Positions 48,166 through 56,548 of a stretch of DNA of 63,571 bases are shown in pieces. The stretch is from a virus (taxonomy: Duplodnaviria > Caudoviricetes). The stretch covers positions 1 through 63,571 of IMG/VR virus record IMGVR_UViG_3300025009_000102, one strand, 5' to 3'. The translations under genes were made by a program, and so were the position numbers. Every line of letters starts with the position of its first letter. The first letter of the stretch is position 1. Below the pieces are notes generated by a model. That model worked only from the letters and a program-made list of their open reading frames with translations, was not told the DNA's origin and searched no databases.

Positions 48166-48363
48166 ATGGACAAGCATCAACTACTGGATATGATGAAGAG
48201 GAATAACGTGAGGGATGGCCTGCTGTACGATCAGATCGACCGGGAGGCCTGGAGTGAGGCGGCGAAGACGGCGCAAGCTGCTATTGTCAGGAAGCGGAGG
48301 TCGATTGAGATTCTATCGAACATCTGCACTCAGCTTTACTACCTGTCGCTCGAAAAGAAATAA
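48166..48363 (+). CDS. hypothetical protein
   Basis: SD GGGAGG, upstream promoter. Confidence 0.7.
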   Translation: MDKHQLLDMMKRNNVRDGLLYDQIDREAWSEAAKTAQAAIVRKRRSIEILSNICTQLYYLSLEKK

Positions 48364-48373
48364 GGTGGTGGTG

Positions 48374-48547
48374 ATGGATGATAAGGAATTCCTGCTGACA
48401 CTCAAAGAATACATCGAGAAATGGGAATACGAGAACGAGCAAGAGTGGGGCGCTGGTAGAGAGTTGGATGCAATAATTCTTGGTGGCCGTATGCCGGTCA
48501 TCTACAGCGAGGTGTTACGCAGGCTGCGGGTAATCACTAATGACTGA
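48374..48547 (+). CDS. hypothetical protein (MDDKEF...)
   Basis: SD AAGGTGG; 3' part of ORF 48215..48547. Confidence 0.6.
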   Translation: MDDKEFLLTLKEYIEKWEYENEQEWGAGRELDAIILGGRMPVIYSEVLRRLRVITND

Positions 48548-48632
48548 CGCCAGCAACCGCCTGCGCGAATTGTGTAGGCGGTTTCTTCTGCAGTATGAAC
48601 AACACCCGCTATTGAGGCATTGCCTGGACGGC

Positions 48633-48833
48633 TTACGGTTTCTCGCTTGCCTGTCCTGGTGCTTTTTCGGGGCCGACCTTCGACCAGGGGGAAATATCCG
48701 ATACGTTCTCGCCATTGATGCTCCTCCATTCAGTCTGACCAGGCACTTCCGTGATCATGCCGCAATCCACGCACTTAAATAGACTGCCCCCAGGGCCGCG
48801 CCTAACAACACTCACCTTATTGTGAATACACAT
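48633..48833 (-). CDS. Small Cys-containing hypothetical protein
   Basis: TGATG overlap with the terL stop. Confidence 0.5.
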   Translation of the reverse strand: MCIHNKVSVVRRGPGGSLFKCVDCGMITEVPGQTEWRSINGENVSDISPWSKVGPEKAPGQASEKP

Positions 48834-50152
48834 CAGTAACCTACCCCGCTGTCCAATGGCCGTGAATATGCGGCCCCTCTGTTCGGCGCTCGGTACTTCA
48901 TGCGCCCCCTTTCCTCATTACTGAACTGCTCGACATTCAGGGACAAATACCTGAACATGTCAGCGCCGTTCGAAAACTCGTCATGGATAGGACCGGTTTC
49001 TGCCCCAGTCTGCTTGCTCACGTGCCTCCTGTAGCGCTTTAAGCACTCGACCAGCCTGGTACACCCCTTGTCGATATAAACGCGAGGGAAGGTCATCCTG
49101 GCGATCCTGATGCCCTCTTCTATGGATGCCTCTACTATCTCATCCCTGGTCGGTACATCCCAGCCGAGGGCGTGTAGGATATCGGCGCTGGACTTACCAT
49201 GGCTCTTCATGTCACCGGCAAAGCCGTCATGCGGCAACCATAGCCGCCCCCAATTATAGTGCTTCTCCTTCATCTCGACACTGTACGAGTCCCATGTCCT
49301 GCGGTTATCCTCGATATAATCGATAACACGGATCTCCGATGCCCTGCGCTGTACGAAGCCGATGGCCTGCGTGTCGTTGTAGCCGATGTCGACCACCAGG
49401 TGGACCTTGAGGAACGGGTCATACGGAACGTTGCATATCCTGCCCTGGCGCTCCATCTCGGCTACCTGTTTGTAGTAGATGGCCCCGGCAACTGCAGGCC
49501 GACATAGGCCTAACCATATGTTGTCGTAGTCGTCCGGGCGCTTGAGCAGGCACTCGATCCGGGATCTCTCGGATGTAGCCGTCAGGAACGGGTTGTCCCG
49601 GTAGTCAACATGAACCACCTCGTATTCTTCCGGGTCCGCCTCGGTGACGAACCGCTTGTATGTCTCGTCAGTCTCAAGTTCAGGGTTGAACGACACCCAG
49701 ATCTCAGAACCTTCTTTCCGGATAGTCGGTATCAGTACATCCCAGGAGCGCTTACTGACGGCATGCGCCTCCTCAACCCAGACGATGTCGAAACCCTCGT
49801 ATGATTTCAGGGAGTGGATTGTGTGCTGCGCCAGGCCCTCGAAGACGAACAGCGTGCCGTTCTGCCCGATGATCCTGTCCCGCTGGATAGTGTAGAACCA
49901 TGACAGATCAAGAGCTGCTATCTGGTCCTTCAGAAGCTGGTATACCGATTCGTCGATGGAGTCTTGGACTTCACGGGTGCATAGGATACGTTTCGGCGAG
50001 GCATACCCGGTAACGACCAGGGCGCGAGCGAATGACCAGGACTTACCACTGGACCGTCCGCCCTTGGCTACCTTGTAGCGTTTTGGCTTGAAGAGGAAAT
50101 GAAACTTCTCAGGAATATCGAGAGAGAGTCTTGAGTCATATTGCTTGCCCAT
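48833..50152 (-). CDS. terL: Terminase large subunit (PBSX-type)
   Basis: KGGRSSGKS Walker A, WVEEA Walker B, SFNP, DIGYND, LPHD, HDEFSNGADMFRY. Confidence 0.95.
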   Translation of the reverse strand: MGKQYDSRLSLDIPEKFHFLFKPKRYKVAKGGRSSGKSWSFARALVVTGYASPKRILCTREVQDSIDESVYQLLKDQIAALDLSWFYTIQRDRIIGQNGTLFVFEGLAQHTIHSLKSYEGFDIVWVEEAHAVSKRSWDVLIPTIRKEGSEIWVSFNPELETDETYKRFVTEADPEEYEVVHVDYRDNPFLTATSERSRIECLLKRPDDYDNIWLGLCRPAVAGAIYYKQVAEMERQGRICNVPYDPFLKVHLVVDIGYNDTQAIGFVQRRASEIRVIDYIEDNRRTWDSYSVEMKEKHYNWGRLWLPHDGFAGDMKSHGKSSADILHALGWDVPTRDEIVEASIEEGIRIARMTFPRVYIDKGCTRLVECLKRYRRHVSKQTGAETGPIHDEFSNGADMFRYLSLNVEQFSNEERGRMKYRAPNRGAAYSRPLDSGVGY

Positions 50153-50169
50153 AGCAGAAAACATAATTA

Positions 50170-50202
50170 TTGCACGGTAACAGGGCAAGTGTTACCGTGC
50201 AA
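50170..50202. repeat. 13-bp perfect inverted repeat upstream of terL
   Basis: TTGCACGGTAACA-7-TGTTACCGTGCAA. Confidence 0.8.
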
Positions 50203-50219
50203 GAAACCTGTGGTGATTC

Positions 50220-50648
50220 TTATTTAATGGTGTACCCGAGGGCAGACGCCGGGAAGTAATCCCTGGTAAGCTTGCCGTTGTGAAACATCGGTGAAATTAC
50301 AGAGACGCATGGCTCAAGTGAGCAATGATCTATATACCACCTGACTACCGTGTAATTTTGCGTTTGCATTGGAATGGAGCAACCCTCCGGATAAGTTTGC
50401 CGAAGTTTTTGGAGAAGATCCTCAGCCTTCCTGCGCCTGGCTTTCAGGTCTTCCATGTTCTTTATTCGTTCGGCCCTCTCGTCGGCCTTGTCCTTTTCAA
50501 GTTGCTCATCCATCCAGTTCTCTTCCATTCTCTCGTCTACCTGCCGGTGGATCTTTGCCTGCAGTTTGAAGTAGAACCATGATACGATGCCAAACAACAT
50601 GACGGAAAACAGTACCGCCAATCCTACCCATTCCTCAATACTCATCAC
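50220..50648 (-). CDS. Membrane-anchored hypothetical protein
   Basis: N-terminal TM + coiled coil. Confidence 0.7.
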   Translation of the reverse strand: MMSIEEWVGLAVLFSVMLFGIVSWFYFKLQAKIHRQVDERMEENWMDEQLEKDKADERAERIKNMEDLKARRRKAEDLLQKLRQTYPEGCSIPMQTQNYTVVRWYIDHCSLEPCVSVISPMFHNGKLTRDYFPASALGYTIK

Positions 50649-50935
50649 CCACCCCCGTAGAGTTCTTTTCTGACCATGAGCATTGCGGCCAGGTTTATTA
50701 CATCAATCCAATCGCCAGTCCCAACATTATCGCGCAACCTCCGATACAGCGCGGGGTCAATTGCCGGATCTTGCCGTAGCCAACCCCCCTCGCCCTCCTC
50801 ACGCTTCTCATTGAGACGCATCGTCATCTGCTTATACACGACCCTGCGTAACATATCCGAAGCGCTCTCGTCCGAGATCTCTCTGGTTATCATGTCGATC
50901 AGGTCACTGTGTACAACTTTCATCCGCTCAGGCAC
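50645..50935 (-). CDS. Small helical protein (possible MazG-like fold)
   Basis: M..RL.EKR..G.GGW...GD.IDV.NLA.M. Confidence 0.6.
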   Translation of the reverse strand: MPERMKVVHSDLIDMITREISDESASDMLRRVVYKQMTMRLNEKREEGEGGWLRQDPAIDPALYRRLRDNVGTGDWIDVINLAAMLMVRKELYGGG

Positions 50936-50936
50936 G

Positions 50937-51164
50937 CTATCTCTCCTTTTTGTGTAGTTGAATGACTACGCTGAACATCAGGCGCGGGAATACCCGAACG
51001 CACGAGTATGAATACCCAAACATCCTGGCTATGTCGCCCTTGTTCCTTCGCCTCTTCTCCACCCTGGACTTGATCATGTCACTCCGTCGCCGCGCATACA
51101 TGATCGAATCGTAGGCTATCCTTGCCACCTGTCTTGCTGTGCGTACATCGTCTTCGTTTACCAT
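50937..51164 (-). CDS. hypothetical protein
   Basis: Operon packing. Confidence 0.55.
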   Translation of the reverse strand: MVNEDDVRTARQVARIAYDSIMYARRRSDMIKSRVEKRRRNKGDIARMFGYSYSCVRVFPRLMFSVVIQLHKKER

Positions 51165-51460
51165 TTGCCAGACTCCGCCCAGATCAATTCAAGCATATGC
51201 CACTGCCTGGGTGTCAATGGACAATATGCGTGATCGATGATAATGTTTTTCACTGCTATGCCACACCACCGGAATTCCTCTATCCATGCGGGTGACACGA
51301 TGTTGAGATCACTCCTACCGATGTTTTCAGCCAGGTGTTTAGGGTAATCAAGTTGTCCATTGGCCCAAACATAATAAGCACCGATAGGAGCCGCGAGCAT
51401 CTGGTGAGTAGTGTTGCCCACCTGACGGCCATTAATCATCCTTGTCATGCCACCAACCAC
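51158..51460 (-). CDS. Mini-protein resembling a degenerate terminase ATPase domain
   Basis: GRQVGNTT (Walker A-like, K>N) and G....IIIDHA (Walker B-like, E>H). Confidence 0.6.
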   Translation of the reverse strand: MVGGMTRMINGRQVGNTTHQMLAAPIGAYYVWANGQLDYPKHLAENIGRSDLNIVSPAWIEEFRWCGIAVKNIIIDHAYCPLTPRQWHMLELIWAESGKW

Positions 51461-51538
51461 CGTTATAAAAACAGGTCAAATAAATAATAACTGCAACCAT
51501 GGCGATGTTCGCCAGGGCAATGACGACTAAGGCTCCAA

Positions 51539-51757
51539 TCATCTAACTACCTCCTCAATTTTCATAAAGACTGTCAGATCTGCCCATACACCATTGACTA
51601 ATTGGAACTGGTCGTGATCGAATCGACGGCCATCGATGGTCATCCCGCCAGGGAATATTTCGATGGTCTTGCAGTCAACACACACAATCGTCCCGTTTGG
51701 AGCTGTGAAGCAATATCTCATGCCAGTGATACCCTTCATTCTATTTCCCTCCAGCAC
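51539..51757 (-). CDS. hypothetical protein
   Basis: Operon packing. Confidence 0.55.
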   Translation of the reverse strand: MLEGNRMKGITGMRYCFTAPNGTIVCVDCKTIEIFPGGMTIDGRRFDHDQFQLVNGVWADLTVFMKIEEVVR

Positions 51758-52008
51758 TTATTACATGCCAACTTGTTATCCATGCAGGCCCCACATGGCG
51801 GAGATCTGAAGCACGTACACCCTTGGACAGGAGGCAACTCGATAATGCCGTCACAGCCATCCAGGCCGCACACATCGCCCTCTTCTTTACCGAGTGGATC
51901 GTCAAGGATCACCGCCAGGCTCACCCTGACATATCCTTCTGGCACCGCCTTGTTCTCCTCAAGCACCCGTGCCGCCCGCCTCAATGATTCGATAGTCAGT
52001 CCTGTCAT
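51736..52008 (-). CDS. Cys-rich small protein
   Basis: C...GC.G...CTC..SPPCGAC...C..C. Confidence 0.65.
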   Translation of the reverse strand: MTGLTIESLRRAARVLEENKAVPEGYVRVSLAVILDDPLGKEEGDVCGLDGCDGIIELPPVQGCTCFRSPPCGACMDNKLACNKCWREIE

Positions 52009-52490
52009 TCATTCATCTCCTTGAGCGCACGCATAGCGATTTCTTCCTGGACCTCGGCGAGCCACCGATCAGTGGCCCTCAGCTGAACGTGGTCCGAGAT
52101 GGGGAAACTATCATGCCGGTGTTCCCATGCATAATGAAGGGCGTCGTCAATACCGGTCTGCCTCATAATACCAGTACCATATATCATCGCCGAACGCATG
52201 GCATGGTGCATGGCATCTCTGACATCGTCCCGCTCATCCTCGACGACTGGTCCATACTTACCCAACCTGCGAAAGGCGATTGTGTCTGACGCTTTACGGT
52301 CGCCGAGGTTACTCATGATGAGTGACGGTTCAGCACGCCTGAGCATCTTCCTGGCCGACTCTTCAGCTACGGCTGCATACGGATTTTCCAGGTGATTAAT
52401 ACGGCGCTGTAGGGCGAGGAGTTCAACCTGCATCCTCGATAGGCTGCCGCTCAATTGCCTGACACGTTTCTTCCACTTGTTGTAATTCAT
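52005..52490 (-). CDS. 161-aa mosaic of capsid-, portal- and terminase-like peptides
   Basis: ML..AEP..I...G...DTI.FRR...Y matches the own MCP N-terminus; AMIYGTGI resembles portal LGTGI; DD..DA..A and DDALHYA resemble the TerL motif. Confidence 0.7.
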   Translation of the reverse strand: MNYNKWKKRVRQLSGSLSRMQVELLALQRRINHLENPYAAVAEESARKMLRRAEPSLIMSNLGDRKASDTIAFRRLGKYGPVVEDERDDVRDAMHHAMRSAMIYGTGIMRQTGIDDALHYAWEHRHDSFPISDHVQLRATDRWLAEVQEEIAMRALKEMNE

Positions 52491-52687
52491 CGATTCATGT
52501 CCCTTAACATGTAATGAAGGGAGAGTGTCGGGAAGATGAAGTTGCCACCGCCCTCCACCCAGGATAGGATCTCCAGCTCTTCTGCTGTCCATGGGTTGGT
52601 AAGCCATAGCATTTTGATCTTCTTGACGATGACATTATGAATTCTGCTCTCCCAGTAGTGCTGCTCTGTCATGCCATTATATTTCAT
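52487..52687 (-). CDS. hypothetical protein
   Basis: ATGA-coupled to the next gene. Confidence 0.55.
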   Translation of the reverse strand: MKYNGMTEQHYWESRIHNVIVKKIKMLWLTNPWTAEELEILSWVEGGGNFIFPTLSLHYMLRDMNR

Positions 52688-52733
52688 TTGGAAAATCCTG
52701 CACAGAAAAGTGATCGGAAGGTAACGGAAAGCG

Positions 52734-53105
52734 TTACTTTATGGATATGTCGTCATCAATATAGCCGTGTTTGCCAGTACCGCCTTTGCGCACCACAACT
52801 ATCGGGTATATTGATTTGTCGGTAGTGTCGGCAACTAATACGGTGCAATCTTCATGGTGGTATTCCCTGAGTCCTATCCAGTCGTTGCGGCTGTTTAGTA
52901 CCATGACCATCTTGCCGTCCCAGGTCATGTTCTCAAAGAATACACGAGATCCGCACTTGTGGCAGATGGTGTATTGATCGCTCTCCTCGGCAGGCATGCC
53001 GCTCGGCATTACCAGGTTCTTATAATTCATATCCGAGCTGTAGTTCGGCCTATTGCGCCACCAGCCAGCCAGGCCTCCGCAGTGTGCATGGGATATTCTG
53101 ATCAT
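52734..53105 (-). CDS. hypothetical protein (Cys/His motifs)
   Basis: ATGA overlap. Confidence 0.6.
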   Translation of the reverse strand: MIRISHAHCGGLAGWWRNRPNYSSDMNYKNLVMPSGMPAEESDQYTICHKCGSRVFFENMTWDGKMVMVLNSRNDWIGLREYHHEDCTVLVADTTDKSIYPIVVVRKGGTGKHGYIDDDISIK

Positions 53106-53449
53106 TTATTCCTATCCAGTGGGTTGAAGTGGAATTTGGGGTGAGTCTTGAGTTGACCCTCAACAGCAACGAAGTTAAAAAGATCCACCAGTAGCTCAAA
53201 GTTACCGGTTTCCCTATAGGCGTCAAACTTACCCTGCATGTAGTCCATAAGGCTCTCGTGATCCCAGTTGCTTCCGTGGCGAATACCTCCCATGATCAGC
53301 CTGGGCCTTGCCAGCGATACGATCTCTTCCAGCTTACTGGTCATTGCGCGGATCTCAGCGCCCATAACCACGGGATCTCGCTTCTTGACTGAGCATATAC
53401 CCATTCTACTGTACATCCTGTCACGGATTATATCGTGGTCACTCTTCAT
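53102..53449 (-). CDS. Conserved-looking helical phage protein
   Basis: RLIMG..R.G...Y..TGN.E.LVD..N. Confidence 0.65.
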   Translation of the reverse strand: MKSDHDIIRDRMYSRMGICSVKKRDPVVMGAEIRAMTSKLEEIVSLARPRLIMGGIRHGSNWDHESLMDYMQGKFDAYRETGNFELLVDLFNFVAVEGQLKTHPKFHFNPLDRNK

Positions 53450-53655
53450 TCAACGATCTCCAGGTTTTCAAGTGGCTCTACGCCATAGACCGCAGGCCTG
53501 CCGTTGCGCAGCTCATGGTTATTACACCTGTCCGCTGCATCAGCACACCTTACCCTGTTTCGATGGCACTCGATAATGGTTTTACTGGCTACGTTCAAGA
53601 CAGCAAAGCGATGGTAACTCTCGATTCTTACCCAGTCGCACTTGGCTACTTTCAT
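53446..53655 (-). CDS. hypothetical protein
   Basis: SD GGAGGT. Confidence 0.6.
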   Translation of the reverse strand: MKVAKCDWVRIESYHRFAVLNVASKTIIECHRNRVRCADAADRCNNHELRNGRPAVYGVEPLENLEIVE

Positions 53656-53748
53656 GATTACCTCCAGGGAATTGTCGCCGCCCGGCGAAGTATTGATCTG
53701 CCGGGCGGCTCTTAATGACCGTTGCTGCTCTTTGTCGCGTGGTCGTTT

Positions 53749-53888
53749 CGTTAACTTTGGGAGACGGGCGGTTTGCCGCTTCCTGCAGGCTGATCAGGCC
53801 AAAGATTCGGTTCGCATTCTCCTCCAGGGGCGCTGCAGTGTACCGTCTGGGGTGTTTTAGCTTAAACTACCGTCTCACAAAGATAACG
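53749..53888 (-). ncRNA. tRNA-like structured RNA with expanded central domain
   Basis: GAGACGG/CCGTCTC-CCA stem, TA, D-arm GTTT..AAAC, 3' GCGG-CAAA-CCGC hairpin; outer helix CGTTA.CTTTG/CAAAG.TAACG. Confidence 0.55.
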
Positions 53889-53978
53889 ATTGCCGGTCTT
53901 TCCCGGCTGTCAGGCCTTGCCACATGAGGTTTACTTTTTTACGTGTTGTGTCCCTCCAACATCAGTCACGGGTCCAGG

Positions 53979-54053
53979 TGGTTGCGGGGGCGGTAATCGA
54001 ACCCGCCATGTCAAGCTTATGAGACTTGTGCCTTGCCGCTCGGCCTCCCCGCA
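53979..54053 (-). tRNA. tRNA with CAT anticodon (elongator Met or Ile2), CCA encoded
   Basis: TGCGGGG/CCCCGCA acceptor stem, CAAGT-CTCATAA-GCTTG anticodon arm, GTTCGA T-loop, ACCA end. Confidence 0.85.
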
Positions 54054-54076
54054 TTCAGAATTACACAATAACACAT

Positions 54077-54292
54077 TCAAGGGATCTTTACACAGGAATT
54101 ATCCACCTTATGGATACGATTCCTCTCGATTGCCAACTGGCTACCATTCGGCAGGACCAGGCAGGCACACTCGCCACGTTTGCCGTCGAAGAACCAGCCA
54201 CGGAAGTTCGCCTCATAAAGAACCTCCGGGTCGTAGAGATCTTCGAACGATACGGTATCGCCAACCGATAGCCAGTCCATCACACACCTCAC
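54077..54292 (-). CDS. hypothetical protein
   Basis: GTGA overlap. Confidence 0.55.
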   Translation of the reverse strand: MRCVMDWLSVGDTVSFEDLYDPEVLYEANFRGWFFDGKRGECACLVLPNGSQLAIERNRIHKVDNSCVKIP

Positions 54293-54498
54293 TTGATAGA
54301 AACCAAGAAACCGCCCCTCAACATACCCTCTGCATACCAGCGATGTGGTTTAGGATAGTGCGGACCTTCGAGGTACACCTTACCATCAACCATCGGTCCA
54401 CCGAATGGGCCAGGCTGAAACACCGAGATTTTCTCGCCGTGAGCGATGGCATCTTTGACTTCTTTCTTTGTTTTAAAATTGACTGATGTGTATGCCAT
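54289..54498 (-). CDS. Small conserved-looking phage protein
   Basis: SD GGAGG; NFKTKK..K...EGPHYP.PH.WYA. Confidence 0.75.
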   Translation of the reverse strand: MAYTSVNFKTKKEVKDAIAHGEKISVFQPGPFGGPMVDGKVYLEGPHYPKPHRWYAEGMLRGGFLVSIK

Positions 54499-54541
54499 GA
54501 TGTCCTCCAGGTTGGGTTGATCTGACTTACCTTACAAATCA

Positions 54542-54570
54542 ACCTTACACCCTGGCTGGATTGATGTCAA
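54542..54570 (-). promoter_or_regulatory. Strong sigma70-type promoter (early class)
   Basis: TTGACA-17-TAAGGT; shares GGGTGTAAGGT with the promoter at 61340. Confidence 0.75.
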
Positions 54571-54573
54571 GAA

Positions 54574-54858
54574 TTATTTTTTGTATGGTTTTGGGACATA
54601 TACCAGCTCCTTCTTCAAGCCGCAAGCTGGGCAACTACGCTCATATACCCGGAATGGACCTATATCGTCTACCCAGTCACGGATTTCTGCCAGGTTAAGA
54701 TCCTCATGCCTTCCAGTCCAGCCACACGCCGTGCAATGCTCAATGCGATCTGGCTGTATGACCCACTGTTCCGGTCGCTTCATGGCCCCACAGTCGACAC
54801 ATACCGCAGTGAAACCATGGAACGATATCGCGCATGTCCTCTCGTGTTTACAGCTCAT
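54574..54858 (-). CDS. Zn-finger hypothetical protein
   Basis: Multiple CxxC. Confidence 0.6.
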   Translation of the reverse strand: MSCKHERTCAISFHGFTAVCVDCGAMKRPEQWVIQPDRIEHCTACGWTGRHEDLNLAEIRDWVDDIGPFRVYERSCPACGLKKELVYVPKPYKK

Positions 54859-55268
54859 GGCCCACAGTCCTCCCAGATCTCGATTACCGACAACTCAGCC
54901 AGGCCGTCACTGTTCTGCATCACCCGGAAGCCATTACCCTCGTGCGTGTCGTCGCAGTCCGCACAGATATACTCGCACGCTATTTCGAGGTCACCGAATT
55001 TCTCGATTGCCTTGTCAATTTCCTTTCTCAGTTTTGACAGTCTCACTGATATTCTCCTTGCGTTTTTCGCTTTCCAGCTTCATTGCCTCGACCGCCTGTT
55101 TCCTGGTTGTAAAATATACCTTCCCGTTTAGCCCAAATGGGAACATGCGCTTTCTCGTTCTCTTGAGATAGGCAATCCAGAAAGTAAGAAGATCATCTGA
55201 CATTGCGTGAATAAGCGACTCCACCACGCTCTTACCGTCGCTTCGTATCGGTCGCTCAATTACATCCT

Positions 55269-55964
55269 TCATTCATCGTCCTCCACAAGCATGGTCGTTG
55301 ACCGCCCGTCGTCGTCCTTATTTCGATTCGACGGCACCAGGTTGATGTCGATCACACTGTGCCGCTGTTTACCGTCGCCGTCCTTATCGGTGATTCCATA
55401 GACCGCCCGCTCCTTGTCGATCAGCCGTGCCTGCGTCTCGACGAGCTTCTTAATCATATCAACCTGCCCCCCTAAAGATATCACCTGCCGATAGAGATCA
55501 TTCAGCTTGTCATAATTAACATCCGGGTCCTTCATCATCTCGCCCAGCGCTACTAACTCGTCGCTGTTGTCATATACCAAAGCCAGGCGGTCCATAAGCT
55601 TCTCGCACAAACCCCTCGACCGTCTAATATCCCGCCTATTACCAGAGATGATATCTGCGGCACAGAGAGCTGATGCGTCAAACACGGCCTTATCGCGCTG
55701 GTTCTTGGTCATAGTTACAAGCGCTCGCTCCGCAACTGTCACTATCGCCTCACGCTCTGTTACTATCGCTTCAGCCTTTGCGATGATCCTTGCCCTCATA
55801 TCCCGCTTGACCCCGCGCTTATTCATCTCCTTAATAAGTGCGGGGCGAGAGCATTTAACACCGGTTCGCTCGGTATATGCTCTCACAATTTGATCTGGCG
55901 ATAGTATACCTGCGACCCATTCAGCCTCCATGCTATCATAGTCAATTCTGCGCTTAGGAGCCAT
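55269..55964 (-). CDS. terS: Terminase small subunit
   Basis: IDY..MEAEW.AG..S...I.K....G..RD...RI HTH, helical body, ER..YGI. Confidence 0.7.
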   Translation of the reverse strand: MAPKRRIDYDSMEAEWVAGILSPDQIVRAYTERTGVKCSRPALIKEMNKRGVKRDMRARIIAKAEAIVTEREAIVTVAERALVTMTKNQRDKAVFDASALCAADIISGNRRDIRRSRGLCEKLMDRLALVYDNSDELVALGEMMKDPDVNYDKLNDLYRQVISLGGQVDMIKKLVETQARLIDKERAVYGITDKDGDGKQRHSVIDINLVPSNRNKDDDGRSTTMLVEDDE

Positions 55965-56548
55965 TACAACCACCCGTGGTGCTGATATTTACAAAACACG
56001 TCGAGGACCAGCGAAAGACGATTAATTTCGTCAAGTGGAGGTATAGACAGAGGAATAACCCCAGCCTCTAAACACGCATTCTCTACCAACAGATCTTGCT
56101 GCTCATTTCCAATGGAGTTAAAGAGTAGACAGCGACGGACAACCATTCCATTGGCGTTAATCTGTGATGCATACATACCAACCTGGCCTATACCGGCAAC
56201 GACAGACCTCACATCATTGGCGTCCTTGGCCTCTATAACAGAGATCGAGCCGTCAATATGGAAGATCACGATATCTGCCCTCCCATAGATCAGCTTATAT
56301 TCCACTATAACCTTATCGTCAGGGTGGCACGGTATGCGCGTCTCTCCGCCGTCACGCCGAATAAGATTCAGAAAAACTTTAACTAAAAATGATTCGCTAT
56401 GGACGAAAGACTCACTGGCGGCGTGGACCCTAGACAATTCTCTCATTAGCATGAGAAAACATGCCACCTCACTATCAGACGGATTGCTCGGGTCCATCTT
56501 GGAGAAATCTACCTTCTCCCAGTCAACATCCTTTCGCCTCGCTGCCAT
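55964..56548 (-). CDS. PD-(D/E)XK nuclease-like protein
   Basis: E...GRADIV...VIEAK...GIGQV..YA. Confidence 0.65.
   Translation of the reverse strand: MAARRKDVDWEKVDFSKMDPSNPSDSEVACFLMLMRELSRVHAASESFVHSESFLVKVFLNLIRRDGGETRIPCHPDDKVIVEYKLIYGRADIVIFHIDGSISVIEAKDANDVRSVVAGIGQVGMYASQINANGMVVRRCLLFNSIGNEQQDLLVENACLEAGVIPLSIPPLDEINRLSLVLDVFCKYQHHGWL

Noticed and set aside
50937-51164. AYDSIMYA as a third terminase-motif mimic
   Set aside because: The match is too short to distinguish from chance.
53915-53978. HDV-like (theta) ribozyme 3' of the tRNA
   Set aside because: I could not build the nested double pseudoknot by eye.
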